Of a stretch of DNA of 64,000 nucleotides, positions 1 through 8,821 are shown piece after piece. Positions within the stretch are counted from its first letter, which is position 1. Every line of letters starts with the position of its first letter. The notes beneath the pieces are model-generated. The model was given only the letters and a program-made list of their open reading frames with translations. It was not told the origin of the DNA and made no database searches. A program made the position numbers and the translations under genes. This stretch comes from Candidatus Berkelbacteria bacterium (GTDB taxonomy: Bacteria > Patescibacteriota > UBA1384 > 2-12-FULL-50-11): the NCBI GenBank assembly GCA_016432625.1, contig CP066697.1, forward strand, positions 392,409 to 456,408, written 5' to 3'.

Positions 1-1039
1 TCTGACAGGAAGGATCGGGATAGCCGCCCGACGCGATAACGACGCAAACCGCGTAGCCACGTCGCCAGCTCGTCGCAAAGGACTCAACCCCACCCTCGAC
101 CGCCGAGTCGAACAGGTCAAAGAGGTCGCCGTTGTACGATCGAACGTAGGCCTGCGTCTCTGGATCACCGGGCCGGGCGTTACACTCCAAGGTTTTGATG
201 CCGTCCTCAGTGATCATTAGACCGGGGTAAAGACAGCCCACAAAAGGCGCTCCCAGGTCGGCCAGAGCCTTTAGAGCCGGCCCAACAATGCTTGAGCAAA
301 TGGGCTCGAGATCGTTGTACTTAAACCCAGGAACTGGGGTAACGCTACCCATGCCGCCGGTGTTTTCGCCACAGCCGCCTTCGTTGATCGTTTTATAGTC
401 TTTCGAAGGTGGGAAAAGAGTCGCGTGTCGACCATCGCAGATGGCATGAATCGAAACTTCCTCACCAATAAGAAAGTCCTCGACAACCACTGTGTCGCCA
501 GCGTCCCCATGGATTCGCTGGATCATGATCTTATTCAACGCGTCCTCGGCCTGAGCTGTTGTATGGCACGGATAAACTCCTTTGCCAAGCGCCAGGCCGC
601 TCGCTTTCACAACCAATGGCCCATTGCACTCACGAATGTATGAGAGCGCTTGATCGAACTGGCGGAAACTTCTGAAAGAGGCGGTTGGTATCCCCGCAGT
701 CTCCATCAATTGCTTCGCGAAGACTTTGGATGATTCGATTGCGGCTGCTCTCTGGGATGGTCCAAAGATCCGTAGGCCGCGACTCATAAAGACGTCAACG
801 ATCCCAGCCGCTAACGCATTGTCCGGTCCGACGACTGTCAGGCCGATATTGTTCTTCGCCGCAAAAACTGCAAGTTCGTCGATTGACAGGGCCGAGATCG
901 GCACGTTTTGGGCGATTTGGTCGGTGCCGGCGTTGCCGGGCGACACAAAGACTTGATTGACCTTGGGCGATTGACAGAGTTTCCACGCCAGCGCGTGCTC
1001 TCTGCCGCCGCTGCCGACGATTAGGATATTCTGTTTCAA
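1..1039 (-). CDS. purD: Phosphoribosylamine--glycine ligase, 3' end runs off the window (absent from ORF track)
   Basis: Manual translation from TTG at 1039 (GGAGG upstream): MKQNILIVGSGGREHALAWKL...PGNAG, later CLYPGLMIT...LECNARPGDPETQ and AVCVVIASGGYP. Confidence 0.93.
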   Translation of the reverse strand, partial: MKQNILIVGSGGREHALAWKLCQSPKVNQVFVSPGNAGTDQIAQNVPISALSIDELAVFAAKNNIGLTVVGPDNALAAGIVDVFMSRGLRIFGPSQRAAAIESSKVFAKQLMETAGIPTASFRSFRQFDQALSYIRECNGPLVVKASGLALGKGVYPCHTTAQAEDALNKIMIQRIHGDAGDTVVVEDFLIGEEVSIHAICDGRHATLFPPSKDYKTINEGGCGENTGGMGSVTPVPGFKYNDLEPICSSIVGPALKALADLGAPFVGCLYPGLMITEDGIKTLECNARPGDPETQAYVRSYNGDLFDLFDSAVEGGVESFATSWRRGYAVCVVIASGGYPDPSCQ

Positions 1040-1143
1040 GGCTTCCTCCGTTGTTAAGACTGCAACCCAACAACACAGCAACCTTAACGTATTTGTGGAC
1101 CTGGCGCGAGAACATTAGACACCTGTTAGCTTGATGCAACGCT

Positions 1144-1947
1144 CTAGCAGACTGCTTCACTCGCCGACGACTCACTATTATTGCTCAAGTAGGTATTAAG
1201 CTCGTTTAGAGTAGAACACACTTTGTTTTTCGGGGCTTGGTTTTGTCCACCAATCGACCAACCTCCTTCCGTACGTTCTATGTGATGCCATAAGACCTCT
1301 GCGTTCTTTCTCCACACCAAACAAGTCTGAAGCATAGACCCAACAGTCGGGTCTGGATTCTCGGTTATTTCGAAATATACAGTAGTTGCTAAGCTCCTGC
1401 CGAAGCCTCCAGGGTTGTTAACCTCTAGTTTTTCAGCTGGATGCAAACTACTTGCGTCATTTAATGACGCTATCTTATCTCTGTGTATATATGCACCCGA
1501 GCCTATAGAATCCCACTTTCGAGCAAGTGTATAGTTAGCTTCAAATTTCGGCGACCGAAGCGTGACTAGAAATGTTTTGGCCATGCCCGGTATACCATTA
1601 TCGGTAGAGGGGTAGGCCATTAGAATCTGTAAGGATGTGCTGCGTAACTTATCAGGAACGTTCTTTTTCTGCGCCTCCCACACCTCCCTTGCTGTCGAAT
1701 TCCATTTAACAACATATTCTGGATCCCAGCCGCAACCACTAGGAAGATGAGCAAGATAAAGCTTGAGGCTTTCTATCAGGGAGAATCCCAACAAAACATT
1801 TCCAGCAAAACCAGCGACGATACTACCGCTTATTGTATGGAGCTTCTGGAGGCAGTCAAAATAACGACCGTCTCGTAACGAAATGCGTGTATCCGACACA
1901 CCCACCGTGTATCCATACATAGTCGGAGTTGAAACTATCCATGTCAT
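1144..1947 (-). CDS. Putative Ntn-hydrolase / proteasome-beta-like protein
   Basis: N-terminal MT, SDTRIS, QKLH..I.AGFAG and IGSGA motifs in the order seen in proteasome-beta/HslV-like folds. Confidence 0.55.
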   Translation of the reverse strand: MTWIVSTPTMYGYTVGVSDTRISLRDGRYFDCLQKLHTISGSIVAGFAGNVLLGFSLIESLKLYLAHLPSGCGWDPEYVVKWNSTAREVWEAQKKNVPDKLRSTSLQILMAYPSTDNGIPGMAKTFLVTLRSPKFEANYTLARKWDSIGSGAYIHRDKIASLNDASSLHPAEKLEVNNPGGFGRSLATTVYFEITENPDPTVGSMLQTCLVWRKNAEVLWHHIERTEGGWSIGGQNQAPKNKVCSTLNELNTYLSNNSESSASEAVC

Positions 1948-2065
1948 CTCTCGCGCAAATGTAGCAACTATAATCAGCGATTACTAATCTGAGTGAGCCT
2001 TTGGTTTATCAATCGAGCTGCTTACATGACCTTTACGACGTGGTTTATAGCTGATCGACACACAA

Positions 2066-2575
2066 TCAAACGCCGTGTTCTTTTAGCAAATTCTTTAAAA
2101 AGCCCAGTGCTTCACTCTCAACTAGCTGCGGAGTGATTTCCTTAAGCGTATACTCGCCCCTTGAACCGGCATGGCCTCCATGTCCTTGTCCAATCGTTGA
2201 TTCATGGGACCAAATCTTCTTCGTTCTCCTATTAACACGGAAGCCAAAGCTTGGAACATCCCTGAAGCCATAATTTGGATCTCGTGGATCTTGAGCCTTT
2301 TTTAGCTCGATTTTCAAAGTAATACTTGGTTCTACGGGTAAGCTCTTAACAGAATCCCAGCCAGGATCGTCCTTTATGATATAGGCCTGGTGACCGCGTC
2401 CTTCAAGCTGCGATTTAAACTTATCCAGTGCCGGTTCGATTACTTCGTCTCTCGCTTGGACAAAATCCTGAATGAATTGATCTTCTTCGCTAACTTGAGC
2501 CTTGATCTCCTCGGCTCTCTGAGAGGTCTTGTCATCGTATTTGTCTAGTAGCTCGTCAAGTGAAGCATTGGCCAT
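2066..2575 (-). CDS. Hypothetical protein
   Basis: 169-aa ORF with protein-like composition, no recognised motif. Confidence 0.7.
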   Translation of the reverse strand: MANASLDELLDKYDDKTSQRAEEIKAQVSEEDQFIQDFVQARDEVIEPALDKFKSQLEGRGHQAYIIKDDPGWDSVKSLPVEPSITLKIELKKAQDPRDPNYGFRDVPSFGFRVNRRTKKIWSHESTIGQGHGGHAGSRGEYTLKEITPQLVESEALGFLKNLLKEHGV

Positions 2576-2695
2576 GTGTGAGTTGTATCTGATTCACGAA
2601 AAACGGTCAAGGGTGTGTCCTAGTAGCTCGAAACCCAACGAGAATCTCACTCTATGTAGAACGCGCTTAATAGGTTGGAAGTGTTTTCCCTTATT

Positions 2696-2740
2696 GTGGA
2701 CCTGAGGGGAGTCGGACCCCTGATCCCTACAACGCGAATG
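2696..2740 (-). pseudogene. Degenerate 3' half of a tRNA-Ala(CGC), att-like relic
   Basis: Reverse complement CATTCGCGTTGTAGGGATCAGGGGTCCGACTCCCCTCAGGTCCAC keeps the anticodon loop, T-arm and acceptor 3' strand. Confidence 0.7.
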
Positions 2741-2754
2741 ATGAAATGTGGCTG

Positions 2755-2826
2755 TGGACCAGGCGGGAATTGAACCCGCTACTTCCTCAATGCGAATGAG
2801 GCGTTCTACCGATGAACTACTGGCCC
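2755..2826 (-). tRNA. tRNA-Ala(CGC), CCA not encoded
   Basis: GGGCCAG/CTGGTCC acceptor stem with G3:U70, CCTCA-TTCGCAT-TGAGG anticodon arm, GGTTCAATTCC T-loop. Confidence 0.95.
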
Positions 2827-2842
2827 TATTAATATGCTCTTC

Positions 2843-2966
2843 CGGGGCTCGAGCGTTGTAGGTATGCAACAGGCTCTCGCCCGCCGCAAAGGCTCGAACT
2901 AAAGCAGTTTAGTTCTCGCTGGCTCTGCGGCCCAGCTGAGCTAACGGCCCTCGTTTCCAGCGCCCC
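2843..2966. repeat. Palindromic intergenic element
   Basis: Nested inverted repeats, e.g. gaactaaa-gcag-tttagttc and gttgta-ggta-tgcaac. Confidence 0.45.
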
Positions 2967-3010
2967 TATCTTAACAGATGTGGGTTTCGAGAGTAAGATT
3001 GCTCCGAACA

Positions 3011-3613
3011 ATGTTTGTGCGCAAAATTGACGTTAATTTGCCAGATCAAAGCGTCATTGAGTACGCCGCCAAGTTGATTGATGGCGGCGGCGTTGTGGTT
3101 TTCCCAAGCGATTCCTGTTACGGACTGGCCGCTGACGCCACTAACAGATCGGCAGTCGAACGCCTCTACAAGATTAAGCAGCGCCCGTTCGATAAACAAA
3201 TTAGCTGCATATTCCGTGATCTCGAACAGATTGAGCAGTGGACTGTCGTAGGTAAATCCCAACGAAAAACCCTGGAACGAAACTTACCTGGCCCATTCAC
3301 CTTCGTCTTGCAGGCCAGAGTGGGCTGTCCGCTAGAAGGGGAGACTGTCGGTGTCAGAATTCCCGATAATTCCATTACCAGGGCCTTAGCGCACACCTTA
3401 GGCAAACCGTATACGGCGACGAGCGCGAACATAAGTGGGGAAGAGGTGACCTACGACCTTGACGAGATATTTCGTAATTTTGAGCGACAGATATATCAAC
3501 CTGACCTTATCCTAGACGCTGGCAAGTTGCCACAATACCCGACTTCAGCAGTAGTCGATATCCGTAAAAACCGCCCGGTCATCATTCGTGAAGGCGTCGC
3601 AAAAGTCAGGTAA
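3011..3613 (+). CDS. tsaC: L-threonylcarbamoyladenylate synthase (Sua5/YrdC)
   Basis: VFPSDSCYGL, KQRP, PGPFT, VGVRIP and TSANISG motifs; ATG at 3011 preferred as start. Confidence 0.93.
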   Translation: MFVRKIDVNLPDQSVIEYAAKLIDGGGVVVFPSDSCYGLAADATNRSAVERLYKIKQRPFDKQISCIFRDLEQIEQWTVVGKSQRKTLERNLPGPFTFVLQARVGCPLEGETVGVRIPDNSITRALAHTLGKPYTATSANISGEEVTYDLDEIFRNFERQIYQPDLILDAGKLPQYPTSAVVDIRKNRPVIIREGVAKVR

Positions 3614-3660
3614 AGTACCTGAAATTTCTCCATATATCTGATAAAATTTACAAGTGATTT

Positions 3661-3743
3661 GCCGAAGTGGCGGAACGGTATACGCGGAGGTCTCAAAAAC
3701 CTCTGGGAGCAATCCCTTGTGGGTTCAAGTCCCACCTTCGGTA
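3661..3743 (+). tRNA. tRNA-Leu(CAA), CCA not encoded
   Basis: GCCGAAG/CTTCGGT acceptor, GAGGT-CTCAAAA-ACCTC anticodon arm, long variable arm, GGTTCAAGTCC. Confidence 0.95.
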
Positions 3744-3747
3744 CAGC

Positions 3748-4476
3748 ATGCCTATTAAACAAGTTACCTTCAACGAGGAAGACATTCGCAAGATTTTCGA
3801 ATCAGAGACTGCTGGTAAAAAATTCAAGCGCCTTTTTATCCGTACAACGCGCCAGATACTCGCGCTTGGGTTCTTGTTTGTTTTTTTCTTTACCCTTATT
3901 AACTTCGGCGCTTTTTGGACCAAACTAAAGTATTCTATTGCCGCCCCAACCGAAACTACGCAGTCCGTACCAATTGAGCCACCAAAACCCGTTGTTAATT
4001 ACGCTCCGGAGTTAATCATCCCCAGCATCAACATAACTGCTCCGATAGCGTTGAACATCCAGCCTAGCCAGGTTGTAGAGCAATTACGTAACGGAGTCGT
4101 CCATTACGCTGACACCGCGCTTCCAGGCGAGATTGGCAATGCGGTTATCATCGGCCACTCATCTGACTACCCATGGAGTGTCGGAAATTATAAGAATATC
4201 TTTGCCCTTCTAGACAAACTTGTAATCGGGGACAAAATCACCGTTCCTTACGGCTCACAGCGTTTTGTATACGAGGTAACCGAATCCAAAATCGTTAAGC
4301 CATCAGATTTATCGCCGCTTAAGAAAAGTGACGCACCAAAACTGACGCTCATAACCTGCTATCCCGTTGGTACGTCGCAGAAGCGTTTGGTTATTTCCGC
4401 CAAGCTCATTGAAGGCGAGCCAACGGGCTATCAACTATCTGAGCCGTTTTTGGAAGAATTACCGCGCGCCCGTTAG
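3748..4476 (+). CDS. Sortase
   Basis: N-terminal TM helix, IIGHS, LTLITCYP...R catalytic motif; start moved to the ATG after the tRNA. Confidence 0.92.
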   Translation: MPIKQVTFNEEDIRKIFESETAGKKFKRLFIRTTRQILALGFLFVFFFTLINFGAFWTKLKYSIAAPTETTQSVPIEPPKPVVNYAPELIIPSINITAPIALNIQPSQVVEQLRNGVVHYADTALPGEIGNAVIIGHSSDYPWSVGNYKNIFALLDKLVIGDKITVPYGSQRFVYEVTESKIVKPSDLSPLKKSDAPKLTLITCYPVGTSQKRLVISAKLIEGEPTGYQLSEPFLEELPRAR

Positions 4477-5174
4477 ATCTGCGGCTTGTCGAGTTCTAAC
4501 TTGTGAACCACGCCGCCTTCTTCGATGAGTATTTCCCAGGACGACGCTCGAAGCATGATACGCGCCGGCATCTCTTCAGCCAAATTATAAATAAGATAAT
4601 CCTGCGGTCCTTCGGGGAAAAATAATCGTATTTCGTCTCTGATCTGGTAGATGTAGCCGGGCCCAAAGCGACGAGCTTGCGTTGGTTGGGTGACAAATCG
4701 GCTAACAAGTGCGTTGTAATCAAGCAGTTCGCCGCTCTCGCTAAGGCTTAAGCCGGTGTCAAAATACGGCTCCACTGTCATTTCGAAGTCTTCAACGATG
4801 GTACCTTTTGGATGAACTGCAACTAGGCGAAAATCTTTTATCAAACCCACCTCCGCTGCTGAGAGTTCAAAGCGCTGCCGCCAATCCTGGAACCCCTCTT
4901 TTTGTAGTAGAACCTCGTAGTTACCCGGCAAAACGCCACGTTTTTGATACGGCACTTCGCGGGCAATTAATTCCCCGTTTAGATAAAGTGAGACGCCGAT
5001 ATACTCCTGTTTGCTTTCAACGGCGACGACAACCGTCTGCTCAAATCGCTTGGTTTCGGGGTTAAAGCGTAGGCCGTTGGCCCAGACAACTGCGATCGAC
5101 GAAAGAATGAAGAATGATGCAACGGCAAGGGCGCCAGCAAGGAAGGTTAGCATCTGACGTCGTTTACGACTCAT
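4473..5174 (-). CDS. Membrane-anchored PEGA-domain protein
   Basis: TM helix followed by LYLNG...PGNYEVLLQKEGFQDW. Confidence 0.8.
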   Translation of the reverse strand: MSRKRRQMLTFLAGALAVASFFILSSIAVVWANGLRFNPETKRFEQTVVVAVESKQEYIGVSLYLNGELIAREVPYQKRGVLPGNYEVLLQKEGFQDWRQRFELSAAEVGLIKDFRLVAVHPKGTIVEDFEMTVEPYFDTGLSLSESGELLDYNALVSRFVTQPTQARRFGPGYIYQIRDEIRLFFPEGPQDYLIYNLAEEMPARIMLRASSWEILIEEGGVVHKLELDKPQI

Positions 5175-5288
5175 GGTCTTACAATGATATCGCCAAAAAG
5201 GTTGGCGGGCTATGGGCGCGTCGTTGAATAATACTTGGGAATTGCTAAGATACCCGAGAATAGTAATCTCTAGATTCGGAGCAAACTC

Positions 5289-6296
5289 ATAATCCGACGA
5301 ATTGGCGTGGATCTGGGCACAACCAACATCTTAATCTTCGTGCCTGGCCGTGGCATCGTCATTGATGAACCAGCCGTTGCCGCTATCGACGCTTTTGATA
5401 ATAAGATTGTCGCGTTCGGTGAAGAAGCCCGCAAAATGCTCGGCAAAACTCCAGATTCGATTATCGCGGCTCGTCCGCTGAAAGACGGAGTAATCGCTAG
5501 CTTCAAGATTACCGAGGCAATGTTGCGCTACTTTATTAACCGACTCAGCGGCCGTCTACGTCTATTTCGCCCGGATATTATGGTCGCAGTGCCCGTTGGG
5601 GCCACTTCCACAGAGCGTCGAGCAGTAACGGATGCCTGTATCGCCGCCGGTGCTAAGAACGCTTTTTTAATCAAAGAACCGGTTGCCGCGGCCTTGGGCG
5701 CCAACGTTCCTATCGCCGCTGCTGAGGGACATCTTATAATCGATATCGGCGGCGGGACAACCGAAGTAGCTGTGATTTCGCTTGGCGATGTCGTCGCGGC
5801 GACTTCAGTTAGAGTTGGGGGTAATCGAATTGACGAGGCCATCGCGAGTTTCATCCGTAAAAAGTACTCCTTAATTATCGGCGAGCAGACCGCCGAGGAT
5901 CTGAAAGTACGTATCGGAACGGCGATGCCGCTCAAAAAAGAAATGACTCATGAGCTCTCCGGTACTAACTCGGTTACTGGTTTGCCGGAATCGGTTTTAG
6001 TCAATTCAACAGACGTTATGACCGCGTGCCAAGAGGAACTTAAAGAAATAATCGGTGCTGTTAAAGCCGTTCTGCAGAAGACCCCACCTGAGCTTGCGGC
6101 TGATATCATGGATAAAGGAATGATCATGACCGGCGGGGGATCACTACTTCGCAACTTGGACCAGCTATTCACTAAAGTCACTGGTGTGCCGTGCCAGCTT
6201 GCTGAAGACCCACGACTCTGCGTCGTCAAAGGCACTGGAATTGCCGTCGAGCACCTAGACGAATTCCGCCGCTCCGTTCTGTGGGCCAAACGCTAA
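5289..6296 (+). CDS. mreB: Rod shape-determining protein MreB (probable ATA start)
   Basis: IGVDLGTTN, RPLKDGVI, DIGGGTTEVA and LQKTPPELAADI motifs. Confidence 0.95.
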   Translation: MIRRIGVDLGTTNILIFVPGRGIVIDEPAVAAIDAFDNKIVAFGEEARKMLGKTPDSIIAARPLKDGVIASFKITEAMLRYFINRLSGRLRLFRPDIMVAVPVGATSTERRAVTDACIAAGAKNAFLIKEPVAAALGANVPIAAAEGHLIIDIGGGTTEVAVISLGDVVAATSVRVGGNRIDEAIASFIRKKYSLIIGEQTAEDLKVRIGTAMPLKKEMTHELSGTNSVTGLPESVLVNSTDVMTACQEELKEIIGAVKAVLQKTPPELAADIMDKGMIMTGGGSLLRNLDQLFTKVTGVPCQLAEDPRLCVVKGTGIAVEHLDEFRRSVLWAKR

Positions 6297-6302
6297 CAAT
6301 AG

Positions 6303-6908
6303 ATGGATCAGGATACTATCGCGGCATACAACGCTCAGGCTTCCCGGTACGACGAGCAGACGGAGGATTTCTGGGAGCGTTTCCCGGTGAACTTCATCGA
6401 TAAGTTTTCCAAACTAGCGGGGAACAACGTGATAGACATAGGTTGTGGCCCGGGACGGGACGCGTTAATTCTAAAGAAGGCCGGCCGCGACATAATATGT
6501 ATCGACGCAAGCCAGACTATGGTCAATATCTGCCGCAACAAAGGGTTAACAGCTGTGGTTGCCGATCTCCTGGCTCTCCCTTTTGAAAACGAACAGTTTG
6601 ATTCTGCTTGGGCATATACTTCGTTCCTCCATCTTCCAAAAACGGAGATACTTAAAGCGCTAAAGGAAATGAAGCGAGTGGTCAAAACCACCGGCGTATT
6701 TGCGCTTGGAATGATTGAGGGCGATGGGGAGGGCTACGTGAGCAGCGAAAAAATCACATTGCCGCGTTATTTTGCCTACTATCAGCAGAAGGAATTAGAA
6801 GAGATTATAAAAAAAGCTGACTTTAGAATAACCCACCAAGTGGTTTTCGAGCCTAATAAGAGGCGATATCTAAACTACATCCTGAAAAACCCTGATTCTC
6901 AAGTATAA
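6303..6908 (+). CDS. Class I SAM-dependent methyltransferase
   Basis: VIDIGCGPG motif I, LPF..EQFD, SFLHLP. Confidence 0.9.
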   Translation: MDQDTIAAYNAQASRYDEQTEDFWERFPVNFIDKFSKLAGNNVIDIGCGPGRDALILKKAGRDIICIDASQTMVNICRNKGLTAVVADLLALPFENEQFDSAWAYTSFLHLPKTEILKALKEMKRVVKTTGVFALGMIEGDGEGYVSSEKITLPRYFAYYQQKELEEIIKKADFRITHQVVFEPNKRRYLNYILKNPDSQV

Positions 6909-6915
6909 TATGCCT

Positions 6916-8004
6916 ATGACAATTGGGATTGACGCTTCGCGAGCCGTTAAGCAAATTCGCACTGGCGTGGAGCAGTACTCTTGGGAAGTTATCCAACAGC
7001 TTCTAAGGCTCGACAAAACGAACAAATTCATTTTATACGCGCCGCACAATCCAAGAGATCCATTTCCTCTGGGTAGCCGCGCTGAGTGGTGCATTATTAA
7101 ACAACGTCGTCTATGGTCACAAATTGGCCTGGCGCGGGAGCTAAAAAAGAGCCCACCCGATGTCCTTTTTGTGCCGTCGCATGTTATTCCTTTTGCCAGC
7201 CGTGTGCCGGCTGTTGTGACAATTCACGATACGGCATATAAGTACTTTCCTGGTTCATATTCGTACGCCGAGCGTAACTATCTTAACTTCACTACTGCCG
7301 TTTCGATTCGACGAGCAAAAAGGGTGATCGTACCATCGACTTCGACTAAGCGTGATGTCATAAAAGAATATCCGGAGAGTCAGAATAAAATCGTTGTCAT
7401 TCCTCACGGCGTCGACCACGTTACTTTCAATCCGGATATCAAAGCTGACCGTCCAATCAAAGACCCGTACGTATTTTTTGTTGGCCGGATCGAGGATAAG
7501 AAAAATGTCAGGTTACTGGTCGAGGCGTTTGCCTTACTTGCCAAGGAGCGCAAGAACATCCGACTCGTACTGGCCGGAAGTAACGGCTACGGATTCGAGC
7601 GGGTTCAACAGACCATTCGCGCGCTGCCAAAACCGGTGCGCGACCTGATACTTCAGCCGGGTTATATTCCGCGCTACGACCTAACGCGCTACCTCAAACA
7701 TGCCCACGCCTTCGCCTTTCCAAGTATTTACGAGGGGTTTGGCATGCCGATGCTGGAGGCGATGGCCATTGGCACTCCCGTTGTTTGCGCTGACGGATCG
7801 TCATTGCCTGAAGTAGCGGGTGATGCAGCCGTCCTCTTGCCGCCAAACAACCCGTTAGCCTGGGCCGCCGCCTTGAGCAGGATTATTAACCAACCGAAAG
7901 TTGCCGACGAGCTTCGACGCAAAGGTTTTAAGCAGGCAGCAAAATTCACCTGGGAAAAGACCGGACAAGAAACACTTGATACGATCATTGATGTGGCAGC
8001 CTGA
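6916..8004 (+). CDS. GT4 family glycosyltransferase
   Basis: VVTIHD, FVGRIEDKKN, PSIYEGFGMPMLEAMA; TATAAT 6 nt before ATG 6916. Confidence 0.93.
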   Translation: MTIGIDASRAVKQIRTGVEQYSWEVIQQLLRLDKTNKFILYAPHNPRDPFPLGSRAEWCIIKQRRLWSQIGLARELKKSPPDVLFVPSHVIPFASRVPAVVTIHDTAYKYFPGSYSYAERNYLNFTTAVSIRRAKRVIVPSTSTKRDVIKEYPESQNKIVVIPHGVDHVTFNPDIKADRPIKDPYVFFVGRIEDKKNVRLLVEAFALLAKERKNIRLVLAGSNGYGFERVQQTIRALPKPVRDLILQPGYIPRYDLTRYLKHAHAFAFPSIYEGFGMPMLEAMAIGTPVVCADGSSLPEVAGDAAVLLPPNNPLAWAAALSRIINQPKVADELRRKGFKQAAKFTWEKTGQETLDTIIDVAA

Positions 8005-8713
8005 CTTCGTACAAATTCTTGGTGTTCGTGTCGATAATATGACCTGGAAGGCTGTCGACAGTTTCGCCCTAAAAGCCCTTTCTGGGAACGAGCCTAATCA
8101 GATTGTTACCGTGAACGGCGAGCATATTCTGGCGGCAAGCAATAATGGGCGACATCGAGACGTTATTAATAATGCCGATGTGGTCGTTCCTGATGCCACA
8201 AATGTTGTTCTGGTAAGTAGGCTCAAAGGAAGAGGTTTGCACCAAACTATTCCAGGTGTTGATTTGGTTTTATGGCTTGCCAAGACCGCCGCCGAAACTA
8301 ACCACACCGTTTTCTTACTTGGGGGCGGCACTGATATTGCGAAAGTTGCAGCGAGCAAATTGCAGAGCATTTTTCCTGGACTTAAAATATCCGGTACCAG
8401 TAGCGCCGATCCTGACGAGTTGGAGGTTATTAAGGAAATTCGTGACGCCTCCTCCGATATTGTTTTCGTTGCTTATGGCGCCCCGAAGCAGGAATATTGG
8501 ATCGCTGAACATAAGGCAGCGACCGGCGCTAAAATTTTGGTCGGAGTTGGCGGGACGTTCGATATGCTATCAGGCGTTTTGCCCCGAGCACCAAAACTAA
8601 TGCGATCACTGCACTTAGAGTGGTTATGGCGCCTTATCATCCAACCAAGCCGAATTGGTCGAATTTGGAACGCGGTTATTGTCTTTCCCTTTAAAGCCCT
8701 TACTACAAAATAG
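7991..8713 (+). CDS. WecB/TagA/CpsF family glycosyltransferase
   Basis: IVTVNGE, VFVAYGAPKQE, GVGGTFD, RAP...LEWLWRL. Confidence 0.93.
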   Translation: MWQPDFVQILGVRVDNMTWKAVDSFALKALSGNEPNQIVTVNGEHILAASNNGRHRDVINNADVVVPDATNVVLVSRLKGRGLHQTIPGVDLVLWLAKTAAETNHTVFLLGGGTDIAKVAASKLQSIFPGLKISGTSSADPDELEVIKEIRDASSDIVFVAYGAPKQEYWIAEHKAATGAKILVGVGGTFDMLSGVLPRAPKLMRSLHLEWLWRLIIQPSRIGRIWNAVIVFPFKALTTK

Positions 8714-8821
8714 CAATTGCATTACCGCGCTGCTTGCGATAAGATGTATTTACCAGGCTAATCGAGCCTGGGCTTTTTAAAGACAATTACGTTAAACTAA
8801 GCATAAGGAGATCAAAAACAG

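Noticed and set aside
271-1175. Short ORFs listed in the track over 271-1175
   Set aside because: They are shadows of purD, which occupies 1-1039 on the - strand
3667-3747. 5' extension of the sortase ORF
   Set aside because: It overlaps tRNA-Leu; the start was moved to 3748
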